From Octopus sinensis (taxonomy: Eukaryota), in assembly GCF_006345805.1 (NCBI RefSeq), contig NC_043010.1:61256001-61320000 (forward strand): a stretch of DNA of 64,000 nucleotides, in the 5' to 3' direction. Each line of letters begins with the position of its first letter. The first letter of the stretch is position 1. Positions 60,103-64,000 of the stretch are shown here, in pieces. Made by a program: the position numbers and the translations under genes. The notes under the pieces were generated by a model. That model did not search any database. It had not been told where the DNA came from and saw only the letters and a program-made list of their open reading frames with translations.

Positions 60103-61395
60103 TAGTTCCCAATTTACTATTTATTTTTACATAAGGCTCACATCCCTGAGGATTTACCCCCATTGAAGCTTTGTACATCAGATTTGACCTCTTGACTTTG
60201 ATACCTCCTGATTCTCGTCAGTATAAATTAGAAGATACAACATTGAAAATAAACAAGTTTAGGGCTTAATTGAGAATGTATATATATATATATATATATG
60301 TGTGTGTGCATATTACTTATGTCATTCAATGCAAATAATAATGGTGAGAGTGTTTAGACAGACTTCTTAATGCTTTTACTCCAACATCGTCCACACACAA
60401 ATCGCTCATTGACAAAGTAAAATATGATATTTTAGGATCATCGTTCCTTTACTAGTCCTTTAAATCTGGGTCTATTCCTTCTACTGGTCCCCTACAACTG
60501 AGTCTATCCCACTCCCATGCAATTTCCTGACATCTTTCATCCTTAACACAGAGAGATTCTCCTCTGCTGATGGCTAGCTCTGTCTCCTTGGTTACCATCA
60601 CTAAGTCATACAGCTTTATCAATGAAGATGATTTAACAGATTATTGATATTTCTACAGAGACAAACTGTGTTCTAGAAACACTGTAGCAGAGAACTGAGA
60701 GTGAATGTAAATTATTTCTGTGGATCTGATATAGTAACAAGCCCATAGATATCACAATGATCACACCCAGACCAAATTCTGTTCACACACTTATTATATA
60801 CACACGCATACTTCAAGATCCACATCATGATCAATGCCACAACACCAGAGAACCTTTGTTTATTAATTGTGTGTGTGTTGAATGCTGTATCACCAACGTA
60901 CCCAAGTACGGGTTTTGAAACTTCACCAGAAGTACCTTTGATGTACTCATTATCACATGTGACTTTGATGCCACAGAATGGTGCCTACCTGACATTTCTG
61001 CAATGAAAATGGCACCAAGTTCCATGTAAACTGAAGTCTCGTGATTCAATGTTTAGAATGTGTGTGTAATTTATATCTGCGTGTATATATGTATTTATGT
61101 ATGTAGAAATGGTTGATATGTACATATAATTTAATTTTTAAGTGCATGCTTATACACCCATATATACAAATATGTGTGTGTGTGTTTGCATATGTGTATG
61201 TATATATGTGTGTCTAAAGGAAAGCGTGTTCAAACCCTTGCTTCTTGGCTGAGTTTAGATCCTGAATCTTTTGTTTCATAGAATCTTTTTTGAAGTTTTT
61301 TTAATGCTACACGGGTCAAATGAATATTTGGAGAGAATAATATTGCTTATGTTTTCATATATATATGTGTATATATAAATATAAATATATATGTG

Positions 61396-61435
<40 letters not shown>

Positions 61436-61559
61436 TATACATACAGGTACACCATTGATCTTCAGGAACCTTTGATACCAGAGCCATTCCAGATTACTAC
61501 TGAAATCTGTGAACCAATGGTGGTCACACTCTGAATTAAATAAAATAAATAATATATGT

Positions 61560-61797
61560 TTCCTTCTCAAGCCATGCCAGGCTCCTGAGGGCTGGTTTCA
61601 ATGGCGTAGAAATTCCCCTCCTGGACGGGACGATGGTCTGTCGCAGAATTACTAATTTTTGCCAGCTGAGTGGACTGGAGCAATGTGAAATGAAGTGTTT
61701 CACTCAAGAACACAACACATCACCTGGTCCAGGAATGGAAACCACAATCTTACAATCATGAGTCCAACACTCGAACCCCTAAGCCACGTACCTCCAC
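61560..61797 (-). mobile_element. CORE-type SINE with a family-C-like 3' end
   Basis: Reverse CORE-like block GAGCAATGTGAAATGAAGTG...TCAAGAACACAAC, plus a CCTGGACGGGAC / AAGCCATGCC 3' end shared with family C. Confidence 0.65.
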
Positions 61798-62734
61798 TTC
61801 TAAATTAAACACTAATTTACTTACATAATTAAAATCAAATACAACCACCTGTTCATTAGCAGAAGCGATACAAGTTTTTTAACACTACTGTGTGTGGCAG
61901 TGGTCAACTATTCTGGTGGACATTGGAGTTTGAAGTTGCTGCTTTGATATTGATGCAGATCATAAAAGGCATCCGGAAAATCAGTGGTATACCTGTATGG
62001 ACTCATATACACTGCATTGTACGTGTAATATATATATATATATATGTATGTATACACACACACACACACACTTTCATTCATGGACATATACTATATGAAT
62101 TATTATATGTAGCACACACTCCTCTTTCTCTCCCCCATCTCTCTCTCTCTCTCAATATATATATATATACACACACACACACACGTATATACATGTATGT
62201 GCTGCATAGACACACTAAATTTTATTTTATGTGCTCCATATATTCATTGTGTGTGTATATATTGCATACATTTATGTATCTGCTGTGTAATATACAAGAT
62301 ATGTTTTTATAAATATATATATACCCAACATGTTTGTGTTGTGTGTGTGTGTGTGTGTCACATGCCATCAAATGATATCTCAGGGGTCATAATGCTATAT
62401 TCATATATACGCATACATTAAACACACAAAACTTTTACATATACACCCACTCGCATCCACACACTCTTAGTTTCACACAAACACACACACACAATTTAAT
62501 ACTGTTTACAGCTTTTTGTTTGTTTGTTTTTTTCTTTCTTCTACTAAAGCTGATATCTCCCTAAGGGATTTTATAGTAACTAACCCCTGCCTGCCTCTGG
62601 TAGACAAGGATGTTATCAGCTTGCATTATGGGTAATTTTCAGACCTTGATATAAATCAGTTTCTAAAAATTACATAACCCTACATTCTAAGGTTATCCTA
62701 TAGTAGTAGTAGTAATAATAATAATAATAATAAT

Positions 62735-62910
62735 AATCATTTAAGGCACAAGGCCTGCAATTTTGGCTGGTACCTTATTTTATCAACCCAGGAGGTATGA
62801 AAGGTAAAGTTGACCTTGGCAGAATTTGAACTTGAGCAAAATGCTGGAACAAATAGCTCAAGGTGTTTTTTTTCTAATGTTCCAGTGATTCTGTTTGCAT
62901 GCTGCCATTA
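62735..62910 (-). mobile_element. Degenerate SINE family B between (TAA)n runs
   Basis: ATGAAAGGTAAAGTTGACCTTGGCAGAATTTGAAC block. Confidence 0.6.
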
Positions 62911-64000
62911 TATAATAATAATAATATAATAATAATAATGGTAATGATTATACTATGTTATCACAAATATTTGATGTTTGATAAGTTTACTGAAAGGAGT
63001 TAAATGAAAGCCTAAACCTTGGGCTTCACTCAAGGCAAAAAAATATATTATTTGAAGAAATTGATTAATAAAAGAAGAATAATGAAATCACACCTCCACC
63101 TGCCCACCCCCCTTGATTACCCCCTCCCCCACTACCTTGAAATTACATCTGAAAAATCTCAAAATAAAATCCTGGGGAAAATGAAAAACAAAATTCCAGG
63201 GAAAAAAAAAACCCCCACAAAAAAACAAAGCAAAACTTGTAAATTGATAAAATAAAAGTAACAGTTGATTATATTTCATGTATGTAAACGAATCCCTTCT
63301 CATTTCTGTCCCCTCTTCTAAAACTCATTAATTACTAGTCATCTTTGTGACACTTTTAAAATTCTCAGGATACATCTGTCAAAAAAAAACATTAAAAGAA
63401 ACCATCCAAGCGACGGTATTTGACCGGTCAAAACTGGTTTTTATAATGGCTGAACTCAAAAGTTTTGCACTTTGAAGCAATTTTCAGTGATTTTTTTTTC
63501 TTTTAAAACTTTTCTTCTTTTTAATTTTTACTGTTTTATTTGTTAATTTTTTAATTATTTATTTATATATTATTTATTTTTATTTTTGCCTCTTTTTAGA
63601 AAAAAACAACTTTTTGTTTATTAACAAAATATTTTATGTAACCAATTTTTATTCTCTCTATCTCTCTCTCTCAATCTTTCAATATCACAACAACAGCAAA
63701 AATGATTTCACTCTGATCTGCTCTACAGAAAAACAAAAACATTTCCTCTCCCCAACTTCCTCCAAACCTATTAAACCAGCCTTAATTCAAATACTAAGTC
63801 CCTCTCTCCTTTTCTCCTCTCCCTCTGTACAATGTCTCACAGCAGCAAATTGGTAGCTGTATGTTAGTGAACTCTCAACGCTACTGTACACTCGTATCTG
63901 TTTGACAATTCAATGTATAACCAACCACTGTATGGTGTGTCATTATATACAGTCATCACTGTATAACATCTTGTAACCCTAAAACACTTTGTTATACCAT

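Overview
AT-rich, microsatellite- and retroposon-dense animal genomic DNA. It is most likely from an octopus (coleoid cephalopod); this is inferred from the SINE/RTE repertoire and the clustered C2H2 zinc-finger genes, not confirmed by a search. The window holds three C2H2-ZNF genes, each with essentially all coding sequence in one terminal exon: ZNF-1 (+, 5792/5822-6430, 6 fingers), ZNF-2 (-, 20968-18986, 13 fingers, 10 of them sharing almost the same H-Q-T-T-L-x-N recognition helix) and ZNF-3 (+, 53837-57412, 10 fingers behind a long Q/H/S/G-rich region). ZNF-2 and ZNF-3 are divergent and appear to share a ~8 kb TE-free, CpG-richer region (~41.8-50.1 kb) with splice donors pointing both ways. 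Introns and intergenic DNA contain tRNA-derived SINEs, 5'-truncated RTE LINEs of two subfamilies, a CR1-type LINE end, a full-length but dead Tc1/mariner (maT/DD37D-like) element and MITEs. The most notable observations are: (i) the ZNF-3 N-terminus aligns in register with its own zinc fingers but has lost the metal ligands, i.e. a 'fossil' finger array; (ii) the ZNF-2 array has one fingerprint despite diverged codons; (iii) a perfect 62-bp-stem hairpin lies in the probable ZNF-3 3' UTR; (iv) a perfect 53-bp inverted repeat brackets a purine/pyrimidine-alternating minisatellite in the probable ZNF-1 intron. No CRISPR array, rRNA or true tRNA gene was found. TE family names and most TE boundaries are by eye and approximate.
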